A DNA stretch of 55,989 bases from Eubacteriales bacterium (GCA_030531585.1 JAUNNC010000003.1:1926-57914); one strand, 5' to 3'; counted from the first letter of the stretch, positions 45,639 to 54,453 are shown. Numbers and translations are program-made. Notes: generated by a model not told the origin, from the sequence alone.

Positions 45639-47006
45639 TCAATTCTGATTGTAGCGGTAAAACTGCTCCCCCGTCTCCCCCCGCTCGGGCAGACGGAGCT
45701 GCGGCAGGATGCCGAACATGGCGTCGCACAGGGCGAAGCCGTCGCACTCCACCGGGTAGATCGGCAGGCCGAGGGCGGCGCTCGCCCCCTCGAGGGTCAC
45801 GTCGTCCAGAAAATCCATCTCCTGCCGCCGCAGCATGTTCTGCGAGATCAGCAGGCGCTCCCCCAGCTCCCTGCCTTTGAGCTGAGCGATCAGGTCGCCG
45901 CCGGTGACGAGGCCGCTGACGGTGATGCTGCGGCCGAAAAAGTCGTTCTCGATCGCAACGACGCGGCCGCGCAGCGTCGGAAACGCCTCCCGCGCCAAAA
46001 GCAGAAGCTTTTCGAGAAGCGGCGCGGCGGCCACGCCCGCCGCGATCGTGAAGTCCTTCCCGTCCGGCGCGTCCGCGAGCTTCAGCGCGGAGCGAAACTC
46101 CGTCTCCAGAAGCCGCAGCATCCCCACGCCGTTTTCGAGCTGGGTGAACTCCTCGTAGAACGCCTCGTCCGGCAGCGCGCGCCCGGCCTTGAGATACAAC
46201 TCGTCGCCGCAGAAGAAGATGCGACTGCCGTGCCGGTGCAGGCAGCCCTCGGAATAGGCCTCGACCAGGTCGACGGTCTCCGCCGCGTGCTCCGCGGTAA
46301 AGGGCGTGAGGGGGTAGAGGTGCTCGCGGTATTTCGTCAGGCCCACCGGGACGATCGAGACGCTGTGCACCGTGGGCCAGAGCGCCTCCAGCTCGCGCAT
46401 CGAGCGCTCGAGCTCCTCCCCGTCGTTGAGGCCCGGGCAGCAGACGATCTGGCAGTTCATCACGATGCCCGCCCTGGCAAAGCGGCGCATGATCTCCAGG
46501 CTCTCCCCCGCCCGCGGATTGCGCAGCATCTTGCAGCGCAGCTCCGGGTTCGTGGTGTGCACCGAGACGTTGATGGGGCTGACGTGCAGGGCGATGATGC
46601 GCTCGACCTCGCGCGCGGAGAGATTGGTGAGCGTGATGTAGTTGCCGAGCAGAAAGCTCAGACGCGCGTCGTCGTCCTTGAAGTACATGGTGCGGCGCAT
46701 GCCGCGCGGGAGCTGGTCGATGAAGCAGAACACGCAGGCGTTGGCGCAGGCGCGCGGCGCGTCCATGAGGTAGCTGCCGAAGTCGAGGCCGAGGTCGCCG
46801 CCCTCGTCCTTGCGCACCCGCACGCCGTACTCCGAGCCGTCGGGGCGGCGCAGAACGACGTCAAGCTCCCGGTCATAGGCGAAAAATTTGTAATCGAGCA
46901 CGTCGAGGATCTCGTTGCCGTTGATGGAGACGACCGTGTCCCCGAGCTCGGCCTTCCCCCGCAGGGGACTCGTCGGATCGACGGACTTTATATAGTTGTC
47001 CTGCAT
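45639..47006 (-). CDS. DUF512 radical-SAM-like protein with N-terminal PDZ-like domain
   Basis: 455 aa. Has the Cys motif CANACVFC. The position upstream of der is typical for this family in Firmicutes. Confidence 0.85.
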   Translation of the reverse strand: MQDNYIKSVDPTSPLRGKAELGDTVVSINGNEILDVLDYKFFAYDRELDVVLRRPDGSEYGVRVRKDEGGDLGLDFGSYLMDAPRACANACVFCFIDQLPRGMRRTMYFKDDDARLSFLLGNYITLTNLSAREVERIIALHVSPINVSVHTTNPELRCKMLRNPRAGESLEIMRRFARAGIVMNCQIVCCPGLNDGEELERSMRELEALWPTVHSVSIVPVGLTKYREHLYPLTPFTAEHAAETVDLVEAYSEGCLHRHGSRIFFCGDELYLKAGRALPDEAFYEEFTQLENGVGMLRLLETEFRSALKLADAPDGKDFTIAAGVAAAPLLEKLLLLAREAFPTLRGRVVAIENDFFGRSITVSGLVTGGDLIAQLKGRELGERLLISQNMLRRQEMDFLDDVTLEGASAALGLPIYPVECDGFALCDAMFGILPQLRLPERGETGEQFYRYNQN

Positions 47007-47040
47007 ACCGACACTCCCCTCTTTACACGGGCGAAAGCAA

Positions 47041-47070
47041 AAGGAGGAACGGCAAAAACCTTTCCTCCTT
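47041..47070 (-). terminator. Hairpin between rpmF and the DUF512 gene (partial terminator?)
   Basis: AAGGAGGAA-(12 nt)-TTCCTCCTT, followed on the minus strand by TTGCTTTCG. Confidence 0.4.
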
Positions 47071-47084
47071 AAGCTTCAAGCTTT

Positions 47085-47273
47085 TTACTTGCTCTCCTCA
47101 ACCTTGATGACCTCCCGGCCCTTGTACTGGCCGCAGGCCTTGCAGACGCGATGGGGCATGCAGAATTCGCCGCAGTTGGGGCACTTGACGAGATTGGGAG
47201 CGGTGAGCTTCCAGACGGAAGAACGTCTCTTGTCACGTCTCTGACGCGATACTTTTCCTTTCGGGACTGCCAT
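47085..47273 (-). CDS. rpmF: 50S ribosomal protein L32
   Basis: 62 aa: MAVPKGKVSRQRRDKRRS...CPNCGEFCMPHRVCKACG. Confidence 0.97.
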   Translation of the reverse strand: MAVPKGKVSRQRRDKRRSSVWKLTAPNLVKCPNCGEFCMPHRVCKACGQYKGREVIKVEESK

Positions 47274-47317
47274 GTTGACACCTCCTGTTGACAGCTGTTC
47301 TGAGCAGCTTCGTAATT

Positions 47318-47809
47318 CTACTTATCCAAAAGCTGCTCAAGCACAGCAAATCTTGGATCAATGGGTTTCCGGCACGCACACGGGCCGAGGTTCAGGTTTT
47401 TCCCGCAGGTCGGGCAGAGGCCCTTGCAGTCCTCTTTGCAGAGGAACTTGGTCTCCATATCCAGCACGAACAGGGTCGTGAGGACCTCGTCCAGATCGAT
47501 CCCGTCGTCCTGCAGCACGAAAAGCTCCGGGTCGTCCCCGGGGTTTTCCTCCACGAGGATGGCGTCGAGTTCGGTCTCCTTGACGCTCTCGAACTCCTCG
47601 CCGCAGCGGTCGCACGCGCACAGCAGCTCCGCCGTCAGCAGGCCCTCAAGATGCAGGATGCCGGCCTCGTTGTACACGCGGCCTTCGGCGTATGGCTTTG
47701 TGAGATATTCCCGGATGGAGGGGAAGTCCAGGCCCTCTGTCGAAAGCTCGCACGCGAACGGAACAGAGCCGCCGGGGACCTCGATAATGTCCCGCAAATT
47801 CAGGCGCAT
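47318..47809 (-). CDS. YceD/DUF177 family protein (large-subunit rRNA accumulation protein)
   Basis: 163 codons from ATG at 47809 (GAGGTGG 8 nt upstream). Has Cys-rich motifs CDRCGEEF and CKGLCPTCGKNLN. Sits upstream of rpmF, as is usual. Confidence 0.88.
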   Translation of the reverse strand: MRLNLRDIIEVPGGSVPFACELSTEGLDFPSIREYLTKPYAEGRVYNEAGILHLEGLLTAELLCACDRCGEEFESVKETELDAILVEENPGDDPELFVLQDDGIDLDEVLTTLFVLDMETKFLCKEDCKGLCPTCGKNLNLGPCACRKPIDPRFAVLEQLLDK

Positions 47810-47837
47810 AAAGACCACCTCGCACAGTCGCCCTAGT

Positions 47838-47866
47838 ATTATAGTTTACTTGCAAAGGCTTGTCAA
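47838..47866 (-). promoter_or_regulatory. Consensus promoter TTGACA-17-TATAAT for yceD-rpmF
   Basis: Minus strand has TTGACA (47866-47861), a 17-nt spacer and TATAAT (47843-47838). Confidence 0.7.
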
Positions 47867-47888
47867 TAACAATTTTATCATGTATAAT
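47860..47888 (+). promoter_or_regulatory. Promoter TTGTCA-17-TATAAT (TG-extended) for the pseudouridine synthase gene
   Basis: TTGTCA at 47860-47865, a 17-nt spacer ending in TG, TATAAT at 47883-47888. Its -35 overlaps the -35 of the divergent promoter. Confidence 0.65.
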
Positions 47889-47928
47889 GCAAAAAAAGTT
47901 CGAGCGCAGAAGGGGGTTTTTGTGACAA

Positions 47929-48903
47929 ATGAAGGAACTGACCGTGCGGGAAAACGACGCCGGACAGCGTCTCGACCGCTTCGTGGCCAAGGCCGTTCCC
48001 CTGCTGCCGGACTCCCTGCTGCAGAAGTACATCCGCCTCAAGCGCATCAAGCTGAACGGCAGGGGCGCGAAGCGGGACGTCCGCCTCGCCGCGGGCGACA
48101 GCGTCCAGCTCTACATCAACGACGAGTTTTTCGAGAAGCCGCGCGAGGACAACGCCTGGCTCAAGGTCGGCACGCCGCGCCTCACGATCGTCTACGAGGA
48201 CGAAAATCTCCTGCTGCTCGACAAGAAGCCGGGGGTCCTCTGCCACAGCGCGGGCGTCTGGGACTACAACACCCTGATCGCCAACGTCCAAGCCTATCTC
48301 GCGCAGAAGGGCGAGTGGCGGCCGCGCGAGGAGCACGCCTTCGCCCCGGCCCTGTGCAACCGCATCGACCGCAACACCGGCGGTATCGTGATCGCCGCCA
48401 AGAACGCCGAGGCCCTGCGCATCCTCAACGACAAGATCCGGGACCGCGAGATCGAGAAAACCTACCTCTGCGCCGTACAGGGCAGGCCGAAGCCCCCGGC
48501 GGGCAGGCTGGAGAACTACTTATTTAAAGATGCGAAGAAGAATCAGGTCTTCGTGCGCGAGAGGCCGGAGCCCGGCGCGCGGACGGCCGTGACCGAGTAC
48601 CGCACGCTTTTGAGCCGCGGCGCGCTCTCGCTGGTGGAGTGCCGCCTGCTGACCGGGCGCACGCACCAGATCCGCGTGCAGATGGCGCACGCGGGCTGGC
48701 CGCTGCTCGGCGACGGGAAGTACGGGAGCGAGCGCTTCAACCGGGACTTCGGCGAGAAGGGCCAGGCCCTGTACTCCTACCGCCTGCGCTTCGACTTCCC
48801 CACCGACGCGGGCGCGCTCGACTATCTGCGCGGGCGGGAATTTCGCGTGGAGCGCGTGGACTTTGCGGAGAAATACTTCGGCGTGACGGAGCTTGATTTC
48901 TGA
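47929..48903 (+). CDS. RluA-family (RluC/RluD-like) 23S rRNA pseudouridine synthase
   Basis: 324 aa. Has an N-terminal S4 domain (QRLDRFVAK...IRLKRIKLNG) and the catalytic motif HRIDRNTGG-like CNRIDRNTGGIV. Confidence 0.9.
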   Translation: MKELTVRENDAGQRLDRFVAKAVPLLPDSLLQKYIRLKRIKLNGRGAKRDVRLAAGDSVQLYINDEFFEKPREDNAWLKVGTPRLTIVYEDENLLLLDKKPGVLCHSAGVWDYNTLIANVQAYLAQKGEWRPREEHAFAPALCNRIDRNTGGIVIAAKNAEALRILNDKIRDREIEKTYLCAVQGRPKPPAGRLENYLFKDAKKNQVFVRERPEPGARTAVTEYRTLLSRGALSLVECRLLTGRTHQIRVQMAHAGWPLLGDGKYGSERFNRDFGEKGQALYSYRLRFDFPTDAGALDYLRGREFRVERVDFAEKYFGVTELDF

Positions 48904-48934
48904 GCGTTTGCACAGGGGCCAAAGTACCCTTTTC

Positions 48935-49028
48935 CTGTCATCTCGAGCGGAGGCGAAGCCGGAGTCGAGAGATCCGCCAGCCCGCGCATCCGACCTGTCA
49001 GATCCCTCGGCTTCGCCCGGGATGACAG
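48935..49028. repeat. Second copy of the family-2 palindromic element
   Basis: CTGTCATCTCGAGCGGAGGCGAAGCCGGAGTCGAGAGATC ... GATCCCTCGGCTTCGCCCGGGATGACAG. The termini match the element at 14033-14136. Confidence 0.8.
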
Positions 49029-49048
49029 ATACCGGGGTTTGTCTGCGC

Positions 49049-49080
49049 ACAGGGCCCGGGGCGAAAGCCCCGGGCCCTGT
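49049..49080. terminator. 14-bp-stem terminator between convergent genes
   Basis: ACAGGGCCCGGGGC-GAAA-GCCCCGGGCCCTGT followed by ATGTTTTGT. Confidence 0.7.
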
Positions 49081-49097
49081 ATGTTTTGTATCGGGTT

Positions 49098-50864
49098 TTA
49101 CCAGCTCGTGCCGTCGGAGACGGTCTTGCCGTCAACGGTGACGTTTTTGCAGTCGTAGATGCAATAGGTCGGGCCGCCGATGTCGTGGACGTTGCAGCGC
49201 TCGATCGTCACGCCGCTGCAGGAGGTGAAGTCGAAGGCGCCCTGAGAGCAGTCGTGGATCTCGGTGTAGCGCACCGTCAGATCCCTGCAGGAATAGCCGG
49301 AGACGCCGAGGATGCCGCAGCCATAGAGGGAGCAGTCCTGCACGGCGGAGGAGCTGCAGTTCTGGAAGCTGAGCACGCCGCCCGAGCAGGCGCCGGGCTC
49401 CTGGGTGTGGCCGGCCGTAATGTTTTTAAGCGTCACGCCGCTGCAGTTTTCAAAGGTGATCACGTTCGCGTAGCGGGGCATGGCGGTGACCGTCGCGCGG
49501 TGCGGTCCGCCCGCGGTGATCGTCAGGCCGTCCGCTCCGGTGATCACAAGCCCCGGCCCGTCGTAGCAGGGCATCCAGTAGTAACAGTCTCCGCTGTAGG
49601 TGCCGAAGCCCACAGCGTCGGCCAGCGAGTAGATGCCGTCCTCCAGATAGATCGTCACGCCCGGCGCGATCGAGGCGAGCAGCTCGTCGACCGTGGAAAC
49701 GTGGATCATGCCGTCGCTCGACGGCGCAATCGGCTCCTGATCCGGGATCTCCGGCTCGGGCGGGGTCCAGGTCACATCCGTTTTGAGCTTGAGCTGGTAC
49801 AGCTCGTAGTCCTCATAGGCTCTGCCGTCGGGATCGAGCACCTGCTCGCTCTTCTCCCCTCCCCAGGGTTCGTCGTATATGCCGCGCTCCAGCTCGTTGT
49901 TCCGGAAAACGCAGCCGTCGACCGTGACGGGGCCGGAAGAGACATAGAACATGCCGGAAAAATGGTTGTTCACGATCTCGCAGCCGCCGAGGAAGAAGCT
50001 CCGCACAAAGCTGCACCGCAGCAGCTGGCTGCCCGAGCAGTTGCGGACAAGCGTGTTGAGCATGGCGCAGCCGCTGCAGTTCGACAGGCCGAGCACCGCC
50101 GTGTAGGATTCCGTGATGCCGGAGATTTTGCAGTCGTCCAGCACGATCCCGCTCGAGGATGTGGCCGTCAGCGCGCCGCAGCTGCAGTCGCGGATGACCG
50201 TCCCGCGGCAGGACAGATCCCGGCAGCGGTCAAGCTCCAGCCCGTAGGTGCCGCAGCCGTAGAGCTCGCAGTTTTCCACCGACATGTTCTCGCAGTCAAG
50301 CATGCGCAGCACCGAGCCCGCGCAGCTCCCCGCGCCCTCCGTGTGCCCGACGGTCAGGCCGGACAGACTGACATTGGAGCAGTTGTCAAAGCGGATGACG
50401 TCGGCGTAGCGCGGCTGCGTGACGATCTCCGCGCCGGGGCGCGCCGCCTCGATGCGCAGATTGTCGACCCCGCTGATCACCAGCTCCCAGCCGTCGTAGA
50501 GATCCATCCAGTCGTAGTAGTCTCCGCCGAAGTTGCCATAGCCCAGAGCCCGGCTGAGATCATAGCTGCGTCCCGTCAGCCGGATGCAGGTGTCGGGCGC
50601 GATCGCCTTGAGAAACGCCTCGACCGTGTCGCATTCGACCACCTTCCGCTCCGCCGTCGGCGCGGGCGTCGGCGTATCCTCCGCCGCCGGGGCCGCCGTT
50701 GCCGCCGGAGCCGCGGTCTCTTCCGGCGTCGGCGTCGGCTCCGCGGTCGGAGCTGCGGAGGCGGGCGCCGCGGCTCCGGGCGCCGCGCCCTGACAGGCTG
50801 CCAGCAGCAGCGCCGCAAGCAGCAGAAACACCGTGATGATCCGGATCGTTTTTCTGTTTCTCAT
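49098..50864 (-). CDS. Cys-rich lipoprotein with two tandem right-handed beta-helix (PbH1/DUF1565-like) modules
   Basis: 588 aa. The lipobox is LLLAAC-Q, followed by an Ala/Pro/Thr linker. Two homologous ~200-aa modules follow, each starting V..(V)(D/E)E.L.AIAP and each carrying repeated NCS/DCS/GCG turns. Confidence 0.8.
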   Translation of the reverse strand: MRNRKTIRIITVFLLLAALLLAACQGAAPGAAAPASAAPTAEPTPTPEETAAPAATAAPAAEDTPTPAPTAERKVVECDTVEAFLKAIAPDTCIRLTGRSYDLSRALGYGNFGGDYYDWMDLYDGWELVISGVDNLRIEAARPGAEIVTQPRYADVIRFDNCSNVSLSGLTVGHTEGAGSCAGSVLRMLDCENMSVENCELYGCGTYGLELDRCRDLSCRGTVIRDCSCGALTATSSSGIVLDDCKISGITESYTAVLGLSNCSGCAMLNTLVRNCSGSQLLRCSFVRSFFLGGCEIVNNHFSGMFYVSSGPVTVDGCVFRNNELERGIYDEPWGGEKSEQVLDPDGRAYEDYELYQLKLKTDVTWTPPEPEIPDQEPIAPSSDGMIHVSTVDELLASIAPGVTIYLEDGIYSLADAVGFGTYSGDCYYWMPCYDGPGLVITGADGLTITAGGPHRATVTAMPRYANVITFENCSGVTLKNITAGHTQEPGACSGGVLSFQNCSSSAVQDCSLYGCGILGVSGYSCRDLTVRYTEIHDCSQGAFDFTSCSGVTIERCNVHDIGGPTYCIYDCKNVTVDGKTVSDGTSW

Positions 50865-51012
50865 TCTTATCCCAGCCTTTCTTCAGGAAAAATGCGCATT
50901 TTGTGTCCGGCAGTTTGACGCCGCGCAGGCGGGAAAGGTTCCCCCGCAAGCCGCTGCGGCGCAATCGTTATCAATTTAATTACAAAAAATTTATTAAGAA
51001 TTACAAAATTGT

Positions 51013-51041
51013 TTGACAAATTGCAAATTGGGGTTTACAAT
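51013..51041 (+). promoter_or_regulatory. Promoter TTGACA-17-TACAAT for the 51097 lipoprotein gene
   Basis: TTGACA at 51013-51018, a 17-nt spacer, TACAAT at 51036-51041. A second TGTGTATAAT lies at 51063-51072. Confidence 0.6.
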
Positions 51042-51096
51042 AACAGCAGTATACAGGGAAGCTGTGTATAATCTCAACAGGAAAGAGGACGCAAAT

Positions 51097-51750
51097 ATGA
51101 AAAAGCGCATGATTGCGATTGCCCTTCTTATCGTGATGCTGTTCGCTCTGTCCGCATGCGGCGGCAACGAGCAGGCCGCACCTGCCGCGCAGCCCGCTGC
51201 GCAGACCGACGCACCGGCGGCGGATCAGCCCGCCGACCAGACTGACAGCGAGGTCACCGCCGTGGCGACCGAGAACGCCATCCCGGACGGCTCCGGGGTC
51301 GTCACCCTGACCAGCAAGGCGCAGGGCTTCAGCATCGACTTCGACAGCGACAAGTACGTCGCCATGGAGAACCCCGTCGGCAACATCGACATCTTCGCCG
51401 GGCAGGACGAGGGGATCCCCAAGTGCACCGTGTCGCTCCGTCTGAAGGAGAACACGGAGGACGCCGCCGCCTATCTGAAGTCTGTCGCGCAGGACATCGA
51501 GGCCGAGAAGGGCAAGGACATGGTCGTCAAGGCCGGAGAGCCCCAGAAGATCGGCGACCGTGACATCTACTACATCGCCTTCACCTTCAAGGACAAAGAG
51601 GCGGGCGGCAACGTCCAGACCGCGTATTACGCCCAGAACCTCAAGAGCGGCGACGTGGCGGTCTTCACCTCCAGCGCGCTCGAGGGCCAGACCGAGGACG
51701 TCGACGCGATCCTGAAGCTGGCGGTCCAGTCCTTCAAGTTCGGCGCCTGA
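51097..51750 (+). CDS. Hypothetical lipoprotein
   Basis: 217 codons from ATG at 51097 (GAAAGAGGA upstream). The lipobox is LFALSAC-G, followed by an Ala/Gln/Pro-rich linker. No recognisable family. Confidence 0.75.
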   Translation: MKKRMIAIALLIVMLFALSACGGNEQAAPAAQPAAQTDAPAADQPADQTDSEVTAVATENAIPDGSGVVTLTSKAQGFSIDFDSDKYVAMENPVGNIDIFAGQDEGIPKCTVSLRLKENTEDAAAYLKSVAQDIEAEKGKDMVVKAGEPQKIGDRDIYYIAFTFKDKEAGGNVQTAYYAQNLKSGDVAVFTSSALEGQTEDVDAILKLAVQSFKFGA

Positions 51751-51791
51751 GCCGGATCGCAGGGCTCCCGAAGCCATACGGAATGCTCCCT

Positions 51792-51816
51792 TGCGGAAGG
51801 CGGCAGCGCCTTCCGC
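51792..51816 (+). terminator. Hairpin after the lipoprotein gene
   Basis: TGCGGAAGGCG-CAG-CGCCTTCCGCA, followed by a T-containing stretch (GCTTTGTCTTTTC). Confidence 0.5.
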
Positions 51817-52114
51817 AGAGGGGGCTTTGTCTTTTCGGCCCCGGAACGCCGCCTTCCGGCAGCCCGGCCGCTTCCCGGGTTTACGCGCGGCGGGGCTGCG
51901 TTCTCACCGGACGCATTATACCCCTTCGCTCATCCCGCGTCAATCGCAGCCTGTGAGGGCTGAGCGGCGGCCGTTCTCCCCCGTCGGGACAGCGCTGCGG
52001 CGAGGCCGCCTCCGGCATCCGCTCCGGGCGATCCCCCCGGGGGGGCTTGCGCAGAAGGCCGCGGAGATGCTACACTACTTGCCGGGCATTCAGAAAGGGC
52101 GGTGACAGACAGCG

Positions 52115-52900
52115 GTGGAGCTGGATACGATCCTTGCGGAAAACAGAGCCTATTGGACCGGGCGTGCCCCGGGCTATTCGGAAGTCAACAGACTGGAGCT
52201 CGCCACCGGCCAGCGGCAGAGATGGCGGGAATGCCTGCGCGGAGAGCTCGCGCGGCAGTTTCCGGGCCGACCCGCCGCGGACCTGCGCGTGCTGGAGGTC
52301 GGCACCGGCCCCGGCTTCTTCGCGATCCTCCTGCGGGAGCTGGGCTGTGACGTGACGGCCGTCGATCTGGCGCCAGCCATGCTCCGTGAGGCAAAAGAAA
52401 ATGCCGGCCGCCTGGCCGACTCGATTCGATTCATGGAAATGAACGCGGAGGCCCTGACCTTCGCGGACGGAAGCTTTGATGCGGTGATCAGCCGCAACCT
52501 GACCTGGAACCTGCCGCACCCCGACCGGGCCTATGCCGAGTGGGCGCGCGTACTGCGCTCCGGCGGCCTGCTGCTGAACTTTGACGCCAACTGGTATGCC
52601 TATCTCTTTGACGAAGCCGCGCAGGCGGCCTATGACCGGGACCGGGTCAACAGCTCCGAACGGGGGATCTGGGACCAGAACGTCGGGGATGTCGGAGAAG
52701 CCTTCGACGTGATGGAGGACATCGCCCGCCGCGTCCCGCTCTCCTCCGTCCGCCGTCCCGCCTGGGATCTGGAACGGCTCTCCGCGCTCGGGCTGCGCTG
52801 CGAGGCGGAAACCGACGTCTGGCGGCGCGTCTGGTCGGAGGAGGAGAAGATCAGCTTCGCCTCCACGCCGCTGTTTCTCGTGCGGGGGATAAAACCGTAG
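52115..52900 (+). CDS. Class I SAM-dependent methyltransferase
   Basis: 261 aa with a GTG start. Motif I is VLEVGTGPGFF. Post-I is DVTAVDLAPAML. Also has FDAVISRNLTWNL. Confidence 0.8.
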   Translation: MELDTILAENRAYWTGRAPGYSEVNRLELATGQRQRWRECLRGELARQFPGRPAADLRVLEVGTGPGFFAILLRELGCDVTAVDLAPAMLREAKENAGRLADSIRFMEMNAEALTFADGSFDAVISRNLTWNLPHPDRAYAEWARVLRSGGLLLNFDANWYAYLFDEAAQAAYDRDRVNSSERGIWDQNVGDVGEAFDVMEDIARRVPLSSVRRPAWDLERLSALGLRCEAETDVWRRVWSEEEKISFASTPLFLVRGIKP

Positions 52901-53033
52901 CCGCCCGCATCCGGCACGCCCGCTCCTGTCAGGGAGCGGAGAAAGCGGCACGTTTTCGGTTTGGGTTTTTCAATGTTTATAATCGATTCTGCAGGCGTCG
53001 CCGCAGAATCCATACAGGAGGCGTACTCACAAA

Positions 53034-53468
53034 GTGGATATCTGGGAAAAGCTGTACAGTCTGGCAAAGGAGCAGTTCCACCCCGAAGACGTGTCTCCTT
53101 TTATCTATGCATATCATGTGGTATGTGCTTTGGAAGCAGAGAACGGAGAGCTGTTTTCAGGCTTTTGCATCGAGAGCTGCAGCGGTGTCCTGAATCTGTG
53201 CGCGGAGCGGGTGGCCGCGCTGAATATGCTTGTGAACAGCGGACAGACAAAAATCAAGCGAATGCTGGCCTTCCGTGATCGGGCTCCGTACGGCGGAGGG
53301 AGCGGAACGCCTTGCGGCGCATGCAGAGAGTTCCTTTATCAGCTCAACGAAGAGAATGAAGATATGGAAATCATGGTAGATTATGCAAGCAGGAAAACCG
53401 TTACACTCAAAGAACTGATGCCCGACTGGTGGGGAAAGGAACGCTGCGCAGAAGCCAGATCGAAATAA
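53034..53468 (+). CDS. Cytidine/deoxycytidylate-deaminase-fold protein (small CDA / blasticidin-S-deaminase-like)
   Basis: 144 aa with a GTG start. The zinc motifs are C-A-E (LNLCAERVA) and P-C-G-x-C-R (TPCGACREF). Local GC content is visibly lower than in the surrounding sequence. Confidence 0.7.
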   Translation: MDIWEKLYSLAKEQFHPEDVSPFIYAYHVVCALEAENGELFSGFCIESCSGVLNLCAERVAALNMLVNSGQTKIKRMLAFRDRAPYGGGSGTPCGACREFLYQLNEENEDMEIMVDYASRKTVTLKELMPDWWGKERCAEARSK

Positions 53469-53607
53469 GCCCCGATTTCCCCGCCGACCGGCCGCAGTCG
53501 ATAATCATTCCTTCAGGAAAAGTGTCGATGTGAGAGGAAATTGTTGCTATCAACAGAAAGAATGGGCGGCGGGGATCGCTCCCCGCCGCTCCTGTCATGT
53601 ATACGGC

Positions 53608-53642
53608 AACCGGCAGGCGCTCGTGATGAACGCCTGCCGGTT
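53608..53642 (+). terminator. Terminator downstream of the deaminase-like gene
   Basis: AACCGGCAGGCG-(11 nt)-CGCCTGCCGGTT followed by TGCGGTTTTGGG. A second GC hairpin lies at about 53563-53592. Confidence 0.6.
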
Positions 53643-53961
53643 TGCGGTTTTGGGTCACTCCCACTCGCCAAGCAAATCCCGACTTTAACTGCTTTTGTTT
53701 AGGAGATTTGTCTCGACGTGGCTCCGTTTGATTCCCATTATCCTCAACCCTTTGGGTCTACGGACTTTTGCTATCAAAAAGCGATCAAAGCGGCTATCAC
53801 AGGTCCAAATTGTTGGGGCTGTTTGCAGTGGCTTTGACGATTAACGGGAAAGCTTTGTGCGTTTGAGATACGCTTCTTGATGTGATTACTATAGCATGAA
53901 ATCGGCCGATTTTCAATGCTGTCCTTAATGAAAGGACTTCCATCTTTCGCCATCCGTTATC

Positions 53962-53990
53962 TTGAAATCCAACAAACCCCACGATATAAT
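53962..53990 (+). promoter_or_regulatory. Promoter TTGAAA-17-TATAAT for the Rrf2 regulator
   Basis: TTGAAA at 53962-53967, a 17-nt spacer, TATAAT at 53985-53990. Confidence 0.65.
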
Positions 53991-54020
53991 AGGTTAAGAA
54001 CCATACAGGAGGATAACCAC

Positions 54021-54434
54021 ATGATGATCTCTACCCGCGGGCGCTATGCACTGAGAATTCTTGTGGATCTGGCCGAGAACCAGAACGAGGGATACATTAC
54101 GCTCAAGGAAGCTGCCGAGCGGCAGGAGATCTCCGAAAAGTATTTGGAGAGCATCGTAAAGGATCTGGTGAAAGGGCAGTTCATAGAGGGCGTGCGCGGG
54201 AAAGGCGGCGGCTATCGGCTCTCCAGAGCGGCCGAAGAGATCAACGTTTTGGATGTCCTGCAGTCGGCAGACGGTACGATCGCTCCCGTAGCCTGCCTTG
54301 AGGAGGGCAGCGCGCCCTGCTCCCGTGCGGCGGTCTGCAAGACGCTCCCGCTCTGGAAAGGGCTGGAAAGAGTTGTCAGCGAATATCTCAGCGGCTTTAC
54401 CGTGCGGGATCTGGCAGAAGACAAAGTACCATAA
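54021..54434 (+). CDS. Rrf2-family transcriptional regulator (CymR/IscR-like)
   Basis: 137 codons from ATG at 54021 (ACAGGAGGA upstream): MMISTRGRYALRILVDLA...GGGYRL. Three Cys residues (C-x8-C-x5-C: CLEEGSAPCSRAAVC) suggest a cluster-binding type. Lies next to cysE-cysK. Confidence 0.88.
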   Translation: MMISTRGRYALRILVDLAENQNEGYITLKEAAERQEISEKYLESIVKDLVKGQFIEGVRGKGGGYRLSRAAEEINVLDVLQSADGTIAPVACLEEGSAPCSRAAVCKTLPLWKGLERVVSEYLSGFTVRDLAEDKVP

Positions 54435-54453
54435 CGAATGCAGCTTAAAAGAA

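Noticed and set aside
53797-53982. 61-aa minus-strand ORF in the AT-richer spacer (MGFVGFQDNGWRK...).
   Set aside because: It has no RBS and no recognisable motif. It overlaps the Rrf2 promoter, and neighbouring frames are full of stops. At best it is a decayed fragment.
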